This document shows, one piece after another, positions 45,482-56,384 of a stretch of 64,000 bases of DNA (within the stretch, counting starts at the first letter, position 1; the number at the start of each line of letters is the position of its first letter). Position numbers and translations under genes: made by a program. This stretch comes from an uncultured Flavobacteriales bacterium (GTDB lineage Bacteria; Bacteroidota; Bacteroidia; Flavobacteriales; CAJXXR01): the NCBI GenBank assembly GCA_913063375.1, contig CAJXXR010000003.1, positions 70,051 to 134,050 of the forward strand. Direction: 5' to 3'. A model generated the notes under the pieces. That model saw only the letters and a program-made list of their open reading frames with translations, did no database searches and was not told the origin of the DNA.

Positions 45482-46261
45482 ATGACAAAAATTATTTTAT
45501 TCTTTATCTGTATCGGTAATCTATCGTATCAGATTGACAAATCAGTAATTAGAGATCATGTAACTATAAAAATAAATACCTACGAGCGCGAAGGAGAAAT
45601 GAGGGCTACCAGTATGCCAGAGCTTAAGCCAGATAGTGAATTGATAAACTATAAGAGAAGATTTGATTACCTTCTGATAAATGTACCAGAAATCCATTTG
45701 GCAGAGAAATCAGAGCAGAGAAATGAAATTTGGCAATTATATCCAGACACCATAGAACTTAAAAGACTTTATCTAAATAAATATATTGAGGATGAAAAAC
45801 TAGTTAACTATTTTGAAGAAACACTGGCTGCTATTGAGAACCCAAACCTTGATGAAAGTACTGTCTTCACTTCAGATGAACTTATGGAAGTGGCTTCCAA
45901 ATTTTTCTACTGTGACAAGGTAAATGCTGACACCAGTGTCCAAGCGCATGTTTGTATTGGATTGAATGGTGTAAAAGAGGCAAATTGGAAGATTGATTAT
46001 ACTTTATTGGAGGCATTTTGCTTTGAGGGATTGTTTAACGATTTTGATAAGGATACTTCTCAAGTTTGGGAATCGTTCATTTCAAATAAGAAGAAAGCTA
46101 GTCTACAGTCTAGCACGGACATAACAACACTAGACCAATTTCTTGAAGATGTTAAACTGGACCTGTTTGAAAGGATGAGCAATGACGAGGTTATTAAGAA
46201 AGAACTTTTGGATTATTATGAATCGAATAAAACAAATCTAGCCTTCAAAATAAAAAACTAA
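45482..46261 (+). CDS. hypothetical protein
   Basis: The 259-aa ORF has a hydrophobic N-terminus. I recognised no family. Confidence 0.55.
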   Translation: MTKIILFFICIGNLSYQIDKSVIRDHVTIKINTYEREGEMRATSMPELKPDSELINYKRRFDYLLINVPEIHLAEKSEQRNEIWQLYPDTIELKRLYLNKYIEDEKLVNYFEETLAAIENPNLDESTVFTSDELMEVASKFFYCDKVNADTSVQAHVCIGLNGVKEANWKIDYTLLEAFCFEGLFNDFDKDTSQVWESFISNKKKASLQSSTDITTLDQFLEDVKLDLFERMSNDEVIKKELLDYYESNKTNLAFKIKN

Positions 46262-46347
46262 GCCTGAAAAAATCTAAATTGTATTTCCGTCTACCGGATA
46301 GGTAGGAAAACGCATTGAACCAGAACGTTGTGTGTAATAAATAATAA

Positions 46348-47535
46348 GTGAAGCAATCTAAACTAATACTTCCGGTAATTGTAATTTCTCAATTCTGCTG
46401 CACCTCTCTCTGGTTTGCAGGTAATGGGGTTATTGCAGATCTCGTAATTGATTTCAACCTGCTGGATACTGCTTTAGGCCATTTAACATCTGCTGTACAG
46501 ATCGGATTTATCGTTGGGACATTGAGCTTTGCTATTTTGACAATTGCCGACCGTATTTCACCGTCCAAAGTGTTTTTTGTTTGTGCAGTGATCGGAGCGC
46601 TATTTAACTTGGGAATCATATATGAAGGAAATAGTCTTACTAGTTTACTTTGCCTACGGTTTTTAACAGGCTTTTTTCTGGCAGGAATCTATCCAATAGG
46701 AATGAAAATAGCAGCGGACTATTTTGAAAAAGGACTTGGTAAATCCCTTGGGTTTTTGGTGGGGGCTTTGGTCCTAGGAACTGCTTTTCCTCATTTACTC
46801 AAGAATATGACTGAAACCATTTCTTGGAAATCAGTACTCATTGCTACCTCTTCGTTTGCAGTCTTCGGTGGTTTATTAATGCTGATGCTGGTACCGGATG
46901 GACCATTTAGAAAGGTAGGCAAAAGATTAAATTTGTTAGCATTTTTCCAGGTGTTCAGAAATCCTGAATTTCGTTCATCAGCTTTTGGATACTTTGGCCA
47001 TATGTGGGAATTGTACGCTTTTTGGGCGTTTGTACCTAGTATCTTAATAGGGTACCAAGCAAAACACGCTCACATCGACTTCAATATTTCGTTATGGTCA
47101 TTCATAATTATTGCAGTTGGTGGTGTGGCATGTGTACTTGGGGGTTATCTCTCTCAAAAGTTAGGTACAAAGCGAACGGCCTTTTTAGCCCTTCTTTTGT
47201 CATTTAGTTGTTGTCTTCTTTCTCCACTTATTTTTTCAGTTGAAAGCGAACTGGTGTTTTTATCATTTCTTCTCTTTTGGGGAATGGTTGTAATTGCAGA
47301 TTCTCCGCTTCTTTCAACATTGGTAGCTCAAAATGCACCGAATGAAATAAAAGGGACAGCATTGACTATTGTTAATTGCATAGGGTTTTCAATAACCATA
47401 ATCAGCATTCAATTAATAAACGGATTGCAAGCATTCACAGATTTAAATAACCTATTTATAATTCTGGCGGTGGGCCCTTTTCTTGGTTTGATTGCAATTA
47501 GAAAAAGAAATAAAACTTCTCATAACAAAGCCTAA
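46348..47535 (+). CDS. MFS transporter
   Basis: The ORF has a GTG start in the track and about 12 TM helices. It carries the MFS loop motif (LRFLTGFFLAGIYPIG). Confidence 0.8.
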   Translation: MKQSKLILPVIVISQFCCTSLWFAGNGVIADLVIDFNLLDTALGHLTSAVQIGFIVGTLSFAILTIADRISPSKVFFVCAVIGALFNLGIIYEGNSLTSLLCLRFLTGFFLAGIYPIGMKIAADYFEKGLGKSLGFLVGALVLGTAFPHLLKNMTETISWKSVLIATSSFAVFGGLLMLMLVPDGPFRKVGKRLNLLAFFQVFRNPEFRSSAFGYFGHMWELYAFWAFVPSILIGYQAKHAHIDFNISLWSFIIIAVGGVACVLGGYLSQKLGTKRTAFLALLLSFSCCLLSPLIFSVESELVFLSFLLFWGMVVIADSPLLSTLVAQNAPNEIKGTALTIVNCIGFSITIISIQLINGLQAFTDLNNLFIILAVGPFLGLIAIRKRNKTSHNKA

Positions 47536-47589
47536 TGGTCTTGAAGCGCATTTTACACTAAGTATTATTAGGCCTGCATCAATTGTCTT

Positions 47590-47619
47590 CCTCAGAGCTT
47601 CTCAAGGAGGATTCTGATA
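47590..47619. repeat. degenerate copy of the REP-like hairpin element
   Basis: CCTCAGAGCTTCTCAAGGAGGATTCTGATA differs from the consensus at about 6 positions. It is followed by a CTCCATCCGT flank similar to those at 3212 and 57301. Confidence 0.5.
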
Positions 47620-47850
47620 AATTCATCTCCATCCGTACTGACTATTTTGAAAGGATTTCTGCGTTTTGTGAATTTTCGAAATCTTGTTCTGAAAAACACA
47701 TATATAGTTTATAAAATTCTAATTGTAAGAGTGTTGTGATTTTGTTAACTTTAAGGGGATCACTATTTTATCATTTGTTTTTTAGGGTAAATGATCTATT
47801 TTTTTAAAAAATAAATGGTCAGAATTTAAAGATAAGTAAATACAATAAGT

Positions 47851-49650
47851 ATGAAACGATTTACAGCATCATTGGTATTATGTATACTAATGAGTCTTGT
47901 TTTGTCTCAAGTTGCTAGAAGTCAAACATCAGTATTCGAATGGGTTAAAATACTTGGAGTTGTTGATAACCCAGATAAAAGGGATAACGGACAATGCATT
48001 AGTTTTTCTATGACATTAGATAATGAAGGCAATATGTATACTACAGGCTTTTTTTCCGATACTTTGGATTTTGATCCCGGGGCTTCTGAGTATAACCTAA
48101 CTACGTTTGGAAAATTATCCCAAAGAAATGTTTTTATTACTAAGTTAGATACAAACGGTGACCTGATTTGGGCAAAATCCCTCAATAGTACTAAATGGGC
48201 TAGTGGATACGAGATAGCAGTTGATGATTTCAAAAATGTATATGTTGCGGGCTATTTTGAAGATACGTTGGATGTTAACCCCCGTTCCGGATTGCATCAT
48301 TTAATTTCAAAAGGAGTGAGTGATATGTTTATCACAAAACTTGACTCAAATGGAGACTTTATTTGGGCAAGACAAATTGACATAAAAAAGACGGATCATT
48401 TATCTAAGAAGATTCATCTAAAGATTGATAATGCAAATCAGGTATATTTTGTTGGTAACTTCATTGATACTATTGATTTTAATATAGGGACACCAGGATT
48501 TTTGGTATCTCATGGGAGCAATGATGTGTTCTTGTCCAAGTTGGATTTAGATGGGAACTTTCTATGGATAAAACAATTTGGAGGTGCGTCGGAGGATTGG
48601 ATTTCGTCCCTTGCTCTGGATAATATGGGTAACATGCATATTTTTGGCATTTTCAGAGGAACAGTCGATTTTGACCCAGGTGTTGGTGTGTTTGAATTTA
48701 CAAGTCAGTATTATGGTATTTTTATCTCAAAACTAGATGCTGGTGGCGAATTTCTTTGGGCGAAAGCAGTTCTCAGTAACCTTGCTTATATTGGGGTTGC
48801 AGATATTTCTTTGGATAGTGTTGGTAATATTTATACATCTGGACATTTTAAAAGAATTGTGGATTTTAATCCTGGAGAAGGAATATATAATTTGTATAAC
48901 GAGGGTTTCAACTATTATCCTGACGCATTCATTACAAAACTCAATTCAAATGGCGATTTTTTATGGGCTAAAGAGTTTGATGCTGGTTGGAATATGTCGA
49001 TTATTAGCTCTATGGATGTTGATAAAAATGGAAATGTATACACTATGGGATGGTTTTTTCATGATGTAGACTTTGATCCTAATTTTTATAGTGAGCATAT
49101 AGTTAATGGAGAATTACATGGTTCAATGTTTATTTGTCGGCTTAATGCTAATGGAAGTTTTGGTTGGGTTAAACATATAGCCGGACTTTTTTCATATCAT
49201 CATGAAGCAGGAGATGGTAATGATGACGCAGTAATTAAAGCGGATGATTTTGGAAATGTGTATGCTTCAGGCTGGTTCGATGGATCAGGCTATTTTGGTG
49301 TTGATGAAAAAGATTTCTTTCAAGTTAATGTTGGTGGCTATTTATCAAAAGCGTTTAATCTTAAAATATCACAAGAAAATTGGATTGATAACCCTGAATT
49401 AAACTTGGAAGAAAAGGTTATTATTTTTCCAAATCCTGCTCATAATTTCACACATGTATCTATGAATATTTTAGCACAAGGCAGTATTTCACTGGTAGGA
49501 ATCGAAGGAAGAATACTACAGGAAATAAAACTTCAACCGGGCCCACATACGTATACCCTTCAATTTCCAAATTATGCCAAAGGACTTTATTTCCTCGATA
49601 TTGTTGTAGATGGTAAAAGAAACAAAATAGAAAAATTGATAATTAAATAA
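47851..49650 (+). CDS. secreted SBBP/beta-propeller-repeat protein with T9SS C-terminal sorting domain
   Basis: It has repeated GDxIWAK/GNFLWIKQFGG units. The C-terminus is VIIFPNPAHNFTHV...GLYFLDIVVDGKR. Confidence 0.75.
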   Translation: MKRFTASLVLCILMSLVLSQVARSQTSVFEWVKILGVVDNPDKRDNGQCISFSMTLDNEGNMYTTGFFSDTLDFDPGASEYNLTTFGKLSQRNVFITKLDTNGDLIWAKSLNSTKWASGYEIAVDDFKNVYVAGYFEDTLDVNPRSGLHHLISKGVSDMFITKLDSNGDFIWARQIDIKKTDHLSKKIHLKIDNANQVYFVGNFIDTIDFNIGTPGFLVSHGSNDVFLSKLDLDGNFLWIKQFGGASEDWISSLALDNMGNMHIFGIFRGTVDFDPGVGVFEFTSQYYGIFISKLDAGGEFLWAKAVLSNLAYIGVADISLDSVGNIYTSGHFKRIVDFNPGEGIYNLYNEGFNYYPDAFITKLNSNGDFLWAKEFDAGWNMSIISSMDVDKNGNVYTMGWFFHDVDFDPNFYSEHIVNGELHGSMFICRLNANGSFGWVKHIAGLFSYHHEAGDGNDDAVIKADDFGNVYASGWFDGSGYFGVDEKDFFQVNVGGYLSKAFNLKISQENWIDNPELNLEEKVIIFPNPAHNFTHVSMNILAQGSISLVGIEGRILQEIKLQPGPHTYTLQFPNYAKGLYFLDIVVDGKRNKIEKLIIK

Positions 49651-49799
49651 ATGATATGAAATGAAAGAACCCTGTTATTAGTTTCTTTGAATTTGTGGAA
49701 TTCATTATTTTCCATTCTGGCTTTTTGTTGTCAATACGTGAGTGATGACCTTCTGTTATTTTTTGTAAGTTCTTTAATATGATGTTATTTAATTCGAGA

Positions 49800-49841
49800 T
49801 TTGTTCCCATCAGAGTCACTCAAAGAGGACTCTGATGTATT
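49800..49841. repeat. REP-like hairpin element with conserved flanks
   Basis: These 42 nt are identical to 57255..57296. The hairpin core CATCAGAGTC-ACTCAAAGAG-GACTCTGATG lies at 49808..49837. Confidence 0.85.
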
Positions 49842-49994
49842 ACGGAGGAAAACGCTTGGTGTAGGGCGCATAATCCTGATAAAGAATCAAGAAACATGAG
49901 CAGGTTTCAATAAGAAAATACAGAACAGAGTATCGGTGTCCGAAAAGCAATTCCAATGCTCTTGTCAAGTGGGTCGTCACTGATAGGTCAAAAA

Positions 49995-50027
49995 AAAAAG
50001 ACCTACATGAACCAAGTAAGTCTTTTT
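49995..50027. terminator. bidirectional terminator hairpin of the AAGAC(C/T)TA/TAAGTCTT family
   Basis: The sequence AAAAAGACCTAC-N9-GTAAGTCTTTTT lies between convergent genes. Confidence 0.7.
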
Positions 50028-50037
50028 AGTAATTGGT

Positions 50038-50667
50038 TTAAGAACAGTTTTTTAATAATTCAAGAGCATCGTTTTCTCCCCAATCTGGTGAGTTTTTTTC
50101 GGATTTTTCAAAAACGTTGAATTTGGTAATCGCTTCCTCTATAATAGGTCTTGCATTCTCGCAACCACCACCATAATTGACTGGCATATACATTTTAGAT
50201 TGTGCAATGAGTAATAGTACGCGCGGATTATCTTGATTTATTAATCGTGCACGTTCAAGCATTTGGGTACTTTTTTGACCAAATTTATATCCACGTTCAT
50301 TAGGGTTTACAATAATTCTAGCGCTATAAATCATAGCCGCTAAGGATAGAATTTCATCATTATTTGGAGATATTAGTTGAGCTCTTTCTACATGTCCCTG
50401 TGCTAAATCTAAAATTTCATCTAGTTTATCCTGCTCTTTTTCTGTAAAAGCCGATAAAACATAACTATAGGCAGCATAGTAATTAGGATGCCAGTCCTGG
50501 CTATTTATTGGCTTTATGCTTTCTATTTTTTCAGCAAGCTCGAAAAACCCTGTGCTTGTTTTGCTATTTTTCAATGCTGTTATATAAGTCGATAAGTTAT
50601 CCTTGCTAGTAAAGCTTAATAAAACAACAGACAAGAATAGTATTGGAATGATTCTGGTGATTTTCAT
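50038..50667 (-). CDS. hypothetical secreted helical (TPR-like) protein
   Basis: The 209-aa ORF has a signal peptide. I recognised no family. Confidence 0.55.
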   Translation of the reverse strand: MKITRIIPILFLSVVLLSFTSKDNLSTYITALKNSKTSTGFFELAEKIESIKPINSQDWHPNYYAAYSYVLSAFTEKEQDKLDEILDLAQGHVERAQLISPNNDEILSLAAMIYSARIIVNPNERGYKFGQKSTQMLERARLINQDNPRVLLLIAQSKMYMPVNYGGGCENARPIIEEAITKFNVFEKSEKNSPDWGENDALELLKNCS

Positions 50668-51171
50668 ACTTACTTTTTTTAGATGATAGGGCTCTAGCTT
50701 TTCACTTTCCCTAAAGTGTAAAGGCCTTCATGGTTGGTTACTAATTAGTTAATCTGATACTGTTGTTGTTTAAAGATAAACTAGTTTATAAAATAAACCA
50801 AATATATTTACAATATTCTATTTCCTCTTGGAGGATGGAGAAGTGAAACTAAACGCCCAATTAGTCAACTCATAGAGGGGGTGAATAAGTTATAACCACT
50901 TGTAATTTTTATATAGTAGTAGGGACAAAAATGTGGGGAGCATCTATAGAAGAGGGCTCCCTTGCAGTAGTTGGTTAGGATATATTATGTATCGTTTTTG
51001 GTTTGAAAAATTCACCTATGTTTTGCCTGTTTATGGAAATTTTAGTTTCATTTTTTGAAGAATCGGAACCCCTAAATTTTTTAATTGAGCATAAAATCTA
51101 AATATGTTCAGTCCAATATTTACAGATATTATACAGGTAAATATTGATTTTCGGCAATAGTAATACAAAAC

Positions 51172-51208
51172 AAAAGGAGCTCCCATGTAAATTATGGAAA
51201 CTCCTTTT
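51172..51208 (-). terminator. rho-independent terminator of 51246..52448
   Basis: On the minus strand the sequence is AAAAGGAG..CCAT-N7-ATGG..CTCCTTTT. It lies 38 nt beyond the stop. Confidence 0.55.
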
Positions 51209-51245
51209 CTATCAGATAGTAAAATCTGTTAAGTAGAATTTTGAT

Positions 51246-52448
51246 TTATTTTTTAATGAAAGTTTTTTCCGATTGAAGTCCCGATGTATGATTTGAAAGA
51301 CGAATGATATATATTCCAGGAGACAAATGGTCAACGGGTATCATTTCGTCCACCTTGTTGGATGAATAAATAAGTCGACCTTCAATATTCTGAATATTTA
51401 TTTGATCAAATGCTGGTAGATGTTCTCCAGATAGTTGAAGTACTTCATTCACTGGATTTGATATGATTTTGAATGACTTTTGATGTGCCTCTTCAAGACC
51501 TACACTATTCAGTGTGATTTTGTAGAACTCATCTGAAAAATTCAAGGCGTTATTATTGAAATCAGCACCGGTTCCTAGATAGATAACATTGTCATAAACA
51601 GCAGCCGTACTCCATGCAACAGATGCATCATCTGGAAAGCCAAGATTTGGTTCTATTTGCCAGGTATCCGTATTCACATCATAAGAGTAAAAATCGGGAA
51701 GCACATTGGAATAATTTTCTTGTCCTCCACCCATGTAGCCCATATTATCTACAGCAAAACCTATGCAACCTTGTTTTGCTACACCAGGAAGGTCGGATTT
51801 TTGAATCCAAGTATCTGTAGAGGGGTTGTATTCATAAAAATCGGATTTACTCGAAAAGCCATCTGGACTTCCCGTTCCTACATAAATTCGATCATTTTGA
51901 ATAAAGCCGGAAGGGAAAATTGTCTGTCCTCCTAGATAGTTATTTTTCTGTGTCCATTGATCTTGATCAGGTTCATATTCCCATACTTCTCCCAATGCAT
52001 AATTTCCATCGAAACCTCCTATGATATATGCTTTCCCATCATACGTACAACTAAATGCTCCATCTCTAACGCCACCACCGAAATCTGCTTTTTGTGTCCA
52101 GCTATCCAATACAGGGTCATAGCTATAGAAATCACTCCTTAGGCTAAAACCTCCTATATCACCTCCGCCAATATATCCTTTTCCATCTAAGCTAAAACCT
52201 ATAGGCCAACCGCGCGCGACATTCCCAGGGATATTTGCCTTTTGTTCCCAAGTATCGGTTTCAGTATCCAACATATAGAAACTATTACTTCCAGCTCCGC
52301 CTCCTACAAATAGGTTTTCACCAATGAAAAATGAACAGGCACCATCCGTTGGTTCTGCAGGAATATTATCGATAGAGATCCATTGAGCCTGCAGCTCAAA
52401 AACTCCCAAAAGGATAGCCATCAGGCCATAAATAATTTTTGTTTTCAT
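51246..52448 (-). CDS. secreted Kelch-repeat protein with T9SS C-terminal sorting domain
   Basis: It has repeated F/VY.YDP..D.W.QK units and a signal peptide. The C-terminus is KIISNPVNEVLQL...GIYIIRLSN. Confidence 0.75.
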   Translation of the reverse strand: MKTKIIYGLMAILLGVFELQAQWISIDNIPAEPTDGACSFFIGENLFVGGGAGSNSFYMLDTETDTWEQKANIPGNVARGWPIGFSLDGKGYIGGGDIGGFSLRSDFYSYDPVLDSWTQKADFGGGVRDGAFSCTYDGKAYIIGGFDGNYALGEVWEYEPDQDQWTQKNNYLGGQTIFPSGFIQNDRIYVGTGSPDGFSSKSDFYEYNPSTDTWIQKSDLPGVAKQGCIGFAVDNMGYMGGGQENYSNVLPDFYSYDVNTDTWQIEPNLGFPDDASVAWSTAAVYDNVIYLGTGADFNNNALNFSDEFYKITLNSVGLEEAHQKSFKIISNPVNEVLQLSGEHLPAFDQINIQNIEGRLIYSSNKVDEMIPVDHLSPGIYIIRLSNHTSGLQSEKTFIKK

Positions 52449-52634
52449 GATAATTAATTAGGGGTTAACATAGTACACTGTTAATAAACAGATATTGTTT
52501 TTGATAAAACTACCCCCAATCACAAGGACAAGCACTTAAAAAAGCACTAAATAAAACTTAAAAAATACTTAAATGATTAACAAATGATCTTATCAATAAA
52601 AACTTTGGTAATTTTAGACAATAGCTGAAAATTG

Positions 52635-54113
52635 ATGCAAAAAAATAAATCCATTACTGTTGTTGCCGTACTTATTAGCCTTGCTATGTGTGCGCTTTTA
52701 TGGATTCAATTTATTCTGATTCGCAATAGTATTGAAAGAACTTATGCCGATTTTGATCGTACTGTTTCTGAAACCATCCCCGACCTGATTCAGGAGGTAG
52801 AAAACAACAACTATTGCGTTGGATTCTTTAGTAAGATTGTGATTCCTCCAAATAGAAAATTTGTTCTTAATGTTCTGGAAGATTCTTTACATCAGGCGGA
52901 AAGCTTACCCATATACTATTACAATACCAATTTTGCAGATAGTTTGATGCGCTTCGATTCCATAGATTTTGAAATGCCTGTTGAAATGCACCTAAATTTG
53001 AATGTTGAATTTTTGTTCAACGATGTGGCATTTCCAAATGCAGATATTGAGGATATCCATCAATTTAAGGAAGGATTTGAGGATAAGACATTTAAAATCA
53101 CCTTATTGGATTCTTTGCTCCATGCTAATATGCACACTACTTTTCCAGGACAAACCTATCAGTACTTGTTGCGAGAAGCAGAAACGGGGAAAATATGGCA
53201 CTCTAGCCATTCTCAAAATCAGAAGGCGATCATTCAATCCGGTATTCAGCTTCCTGTATTTGAAAAAAATAGATATTTTAAATCTTTTGAGCTTTATATC
53301 TATTTCCCAGACAAACTTATTTGGGCGATAGAGCACAATCTATTACTCATAGCTAGCTCGTGCATTATTCTAATTGTGTTTATCTCTCTTTTTATTGCAT
53401 TTTTCAAGATGATTCTGAAAGAGCGAAAACTGGCTGAAATGAAGATTGACTTTATCAATAATATCAGTCATGAATTCAAGACTCCAATCTCAAATATAAA
53501 ATTAGCTGTAAATGCATTGCAAAAGAAATTACCCAATGAAGGGCAAAAACTTATCGAGATTATAGAAGAAGAAAATAATCGACTTCATGAGGGAATGGAC
53601 CTCGTACTGACCACTTCCTTATTGGGAAAAGAGGAGCTTCTTTTAAATCAAAAAATTCTGAATATTCAACCCTTGATAGAAAGCTCGGTAAAAAATAATC
53701 AACTGGCCGCAAAGGAGAAAAACGGGAATATCCAATTGGATTATATAGACCCCGAATTGCAAATTTATGCGGATGAATTGCATTTCAGAAATGTGCTAAA
53801 CAACCTGATTGAAAATGCGATTAAATATTCCAGTGAAGCACCTATCATCACCTTGAAAGCCTATGGGCAAAAAGACCATCTTAATATAGAGATCATCGAC
53901 CAAGGAAAAGGGATTCATGCCAGAGATTTACCGTATGTATTTGATCGTTTTTATAGGGTATCTACAAAAAATAGACATGAAACGTATGGATATGGTATTG
54001 GACTCAGTTATGTGAAAATGATTGTAGAGGTTCATGCTGGAAATATTAACGTTAAGAGTAAACTAGGGCAAGGCACAACCTTCAGAATAAATCTACCTCT
54101 CTATGGATCATAA
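52635..54113 (+). CDS. sensor histidine kinase
   Basis: It has two TM segments and the H-box FINNISHEFKTPISNI. The HATPase N and G boxes are NLIENAIKYS and GYGIGLSYV. The track starts at TTG 52632; the ATG at 52635 is preferred here. Confidence 0.85.
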   Translation: MQKNKSITVVAVLISLAMCALLWIQFILIRNSIERTYADFDRTVSETIPDLIQEVENNNYCVGFFSKIVIPPNRKFVLNVLEDSLHQAESLPIYYYNTNFADSLMRFDSIDFEMPVEMHLNLNVEFLFNDVAFPNADIEDIHQFKEGFEDKTFKITLLDSLLHANMHTTFPGQTYQYLLREAETGKIWHSSHSQNQKAIIQSGIQLPVFEKNRYFKSFELYIYFPDKLIWAIEHNLLLIASSCIILIVFISLFIAFFKMILKERKLAEMKIDFINNISHEFKTPISNIKLAVNALQKKLPNEGQKLIEIIEEENNRLHEGMDLVLTTSLLGKEELLLNQKILNIQPLIESSVKNNQLAAKEKNGNIQLDYIDPELQIYADELHFRNVLNNLIENAIKYSSEAPIITLKAYGQKDHLNIEIIDQGKGIHARDLPYVFDRFYRVSTKNRHETYGYGIGLSYVKMIVEVHAGNINVKSKLGQGTTFRINLPLYGS

Positions 54114-54789
54114 AGGAAAAATTCTCATTGTTGAAGATGATAAAAACACAGGCTTTTTACTTCAAAATAGACTGCAGGAGGAAGGCTTCGAAGTTCTCTT
54201 ATGCACAAATGGTATAGAGGCGGAAAGGATCATTATGAATCAAAATTTCTCCTTATGCATTCTAGATATTATGATTCCTTCCAAAGACGGTTTGGAGCTG
54301 TCTAAGGATATTCGAATGAAGAATAACCAGGTTCCAATAATATTCCTGACAGCACGTAATCTGAAAAGTGATATTGTACAGGGCTATAAAAATGGTTGCG
54401 ATGATTATCTCACAAAACCTTTTGATATTGACGAACTCGTTTTGAAAATTCATGCCATCATCCGAAGAACTGGAACAAAGCATATTGAACCGAGTGAATT
54501 AAAGGTATCAAAACTCTCCTTGATAAAAGAAGAGCATATACTCGTTTCGGATAAAGAGCAAAAGAATATCAGCCATAAGGAGATGTTGATTTTGGAATTG
54601 TTCTTCAGAAATTTCGATCAGGTTATAACAAGACGGTCTATACTGATAGCTTGCTGGGGGAATGATGATTATTTTTCATCGAATATTTTAAACGTATATC
54701 TCACCAAAATAAGGAAATTGATAAAAGCCGATGAGGATCTGGTTTTACACAATATTCATGGTCACGGGTACAAACTGACAAAAAAATGA
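54103..54789 (+). CDS. OmpR/PhoB-type response regulator
   Basis: The receiver domain has ILIVEDD and LCILDIMIP, followed by a winged-helix C-terminus (HGHGYKL). It overlaps the kinase gene by 11 nt. Confidence 0.85.
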   Translation: MDHKGKILIVEDDKNTGFLLQNRLQEEGFEVLLCTNGIEAERIIMNQNFSLCILDIMIPSKDGLELSKDIRMKNNQVPIIFLTARNLKSDIVQGYKNGCDDYLTKPFDIDELVLKIHAIIRRTGTKHIEPSELKVSKLSLIKEEHILVSDKEQKNISHKEMLILELFFRNFDQVITRRSILIACWGNDDYFSSNILNVYLTKIRKLIKADEDLVLHNIHGHGYKLTKK

Positions 54790-54928
54790 AAGTACTTTTA
54801 AAAATGAACCCATTGTATTTGACCACCCGATATCATCTAAAAAAACGATTAATGGCTGACAAATTTTTAACGAACATTTATTTTACTCGACTTCTTTTTA
54901 TAAATTGTGATATAATGTTTACAAAATT

Positions 54929-55780
54929 ATGAAGAACATAATTTATCTAGTAGGTGCCATTTCATTAATTGCTTGTGATTTAAGGTATGAAAAGGAAACC
55001 ATTAAGATAAACAATCCTTCCTATGTGGAAAGGGACAATCTAGTAATGGATGAAACTGAGTTTGATCTGAACGGAACTTGGGGTTTAACAAACTACTTCG
55101 ATACAATTATAGAAAACAAAGAAATTGCGAAGTACCGAATTCAAACTCCTACTTGGTTTGCATTTTTATTAGTAATAGAAAATGATTCATTAAAAAGCTT
55201 TGGTTCAATAGGAAAAGACGAATACTTTATTGAAAAGAATAGTGACACATTAACAACAATAACCTCCGATGTGGCAGGAGATAATTGGTATCTAATTATA
55301 GACAAACCGAAATTGAAGCTTGTTCAATACCTAGAGGAGGAAAGAGGGGATTCGACGGTTTACACATTCAGAAAAAGAGATGACTTAAATTATTTCACCC
55401 ACAACAATATCGGCTTTTCAACTATTAGTAAAAACGTCACAGAATATTTCCATGAGCATTTATTTAAAGGGAAATACAGGAGCACAGATTCTCAGAAGGA
55501 AGTTGTTTTTGATGAGAATGGTCGGTTAACAGGTATTGATGGTTTTAATTCATATGAAGTCAAAAACTATTTTGGAACATCGCATAGGCACAAGAATCTT
55601 GACGTTATCACATTTAAAAATTCTGAGAATAACGAGTACAAAGAATACAATTGGGTATTTTCATATAATGAGCTAGTCTTGACGGAATTTGTTAATGAAA
55701 AACGATCTCATAAAGGAGAAAACTATTACTCAGATCATCTGATTTTAGGAAAGAAAAGAATAAAATTAAAAAAACACTAA
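54929..55780 (+). CDS. hypothetical lipoprotein
   Basis: The 283-aa ORF has the leader ..GAISLIACD. I recognised no family. Confidence 0.55.
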   Translation: MKNIIYLVGAISLIACDLRYEKETIKINNPSYVERDNLVMDETEFDLNGTWGLTNYFDTIIENKEIAKYRIQTPTWFAFLLVIENDSLKSFGSIGKDEYFIEKNSDTLTTITSDVAGDNWYLIIDKPKLKLVQYLEEERGDSTVYTFRKRDDLNYFTHNNIGFSTISKNVTEYFHEHLFKGKYRSTDSQKEVVFDENGRLTGIDGFNSYEVKNYFGTSHRHKNLDVITFKNSENNEYKEYNWVFSYNELVLTEFVNEKRSHKGENYYSDHLILGKKRIKLKKH

Positions 55781-55825
55781 GTCTAAGAAAGTGTAAGTTC
55801 CACAAGCAAACAGTATTGCATTTAA

Positions 55826-56329
55826 ATGAGAATAGGAAATAGAACATACAAAGTCAAAAAATCTAATTGTTGGCTTGTCTTCCCTTCAATGACATTAACG
55901 GTTAATATTTGGACGGACAATGAAACAACCTATTTATTGATTGAACCAATAAAGTTTAGCGAACCTCAAAAGTTTATCGCATCTCAATTTCAATCTCAAT
56001 TTACTATTCAGGAAATTGATGATATAGATTCAACGCTATTGGAAAATGATAAAGCAATTGAAATATGGAAGCAAAAAGTGGAATTTGACGTCCCTAGTCT
56101 TTTTAAACTGAAGAAAGTAAGCATCTCTGGTGAGACAATAAATAATGATTTTGTTAAAGTTGATACCAAAACTATATTTCGTGGATTTGAAGTTTGGAAA
56201 AAGGACGGGTATCAAATTCAAGTGAGGGAAATTGAAAAAATTTTGAAAAAAATATCAGTTCCATTTAGTACTACAAATGAAGAGAGTAATGAATTAATTC
56301 GAATTAAAATAGAGTCTTACACTGAATAA
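55826..56329 (+). CDS. hypothetical cytoplasmic protein
   Basis: The 167-aa ORF has no signal peptide. I recognised no family. Confidence 0.5.
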   Translation: MRIGNRTYKVKKSNCWLVFPSMTLTVNIWTDNETTYLLIEPIKFSEPQKFIASQFQSQFTIQEIDDIDSTLLENDKAIEIWKQKVEFDVPSLFKLKKVSISGETINNDFVKVDTKTIFRGFEVWKKDGYQIQVREIEKILKKISVPFSTTNEESNELIRIKIESYTE

Positions 56330-56384
56330 AAACTAGTTTTTTAACACCGTTCAATTGTATTAAATTCTATGTAACTAGATAAGA

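Noticed and set aside
263-54483. Many short track ORFs lie inside or antisense to larger genes. Examples are 263..478, 4530..4814, 5622..5831, 5850..6041, 7212..7466, 7298..7522, 7721..7903, 9314..9571, 9626..9832, 10684..10866, 11689..11901, 12291..12518, 14246..14527, 14320..14508, 24474..24683, 27074..27262, 29204..29437, 30276..30482, 32027..32224, 34688..34879, 37993..38205, 42502..42768, 46389..46619, 47922..48233, 48737..49069, 51614..52142, 53002..53336 and 54262..54483.
   Set aside because: Each overlaps a longer ORF with clear family motifs or coding character. Their translations are low-complexity or odd in composition, as expected from alternative frames of AT-rich DNA.
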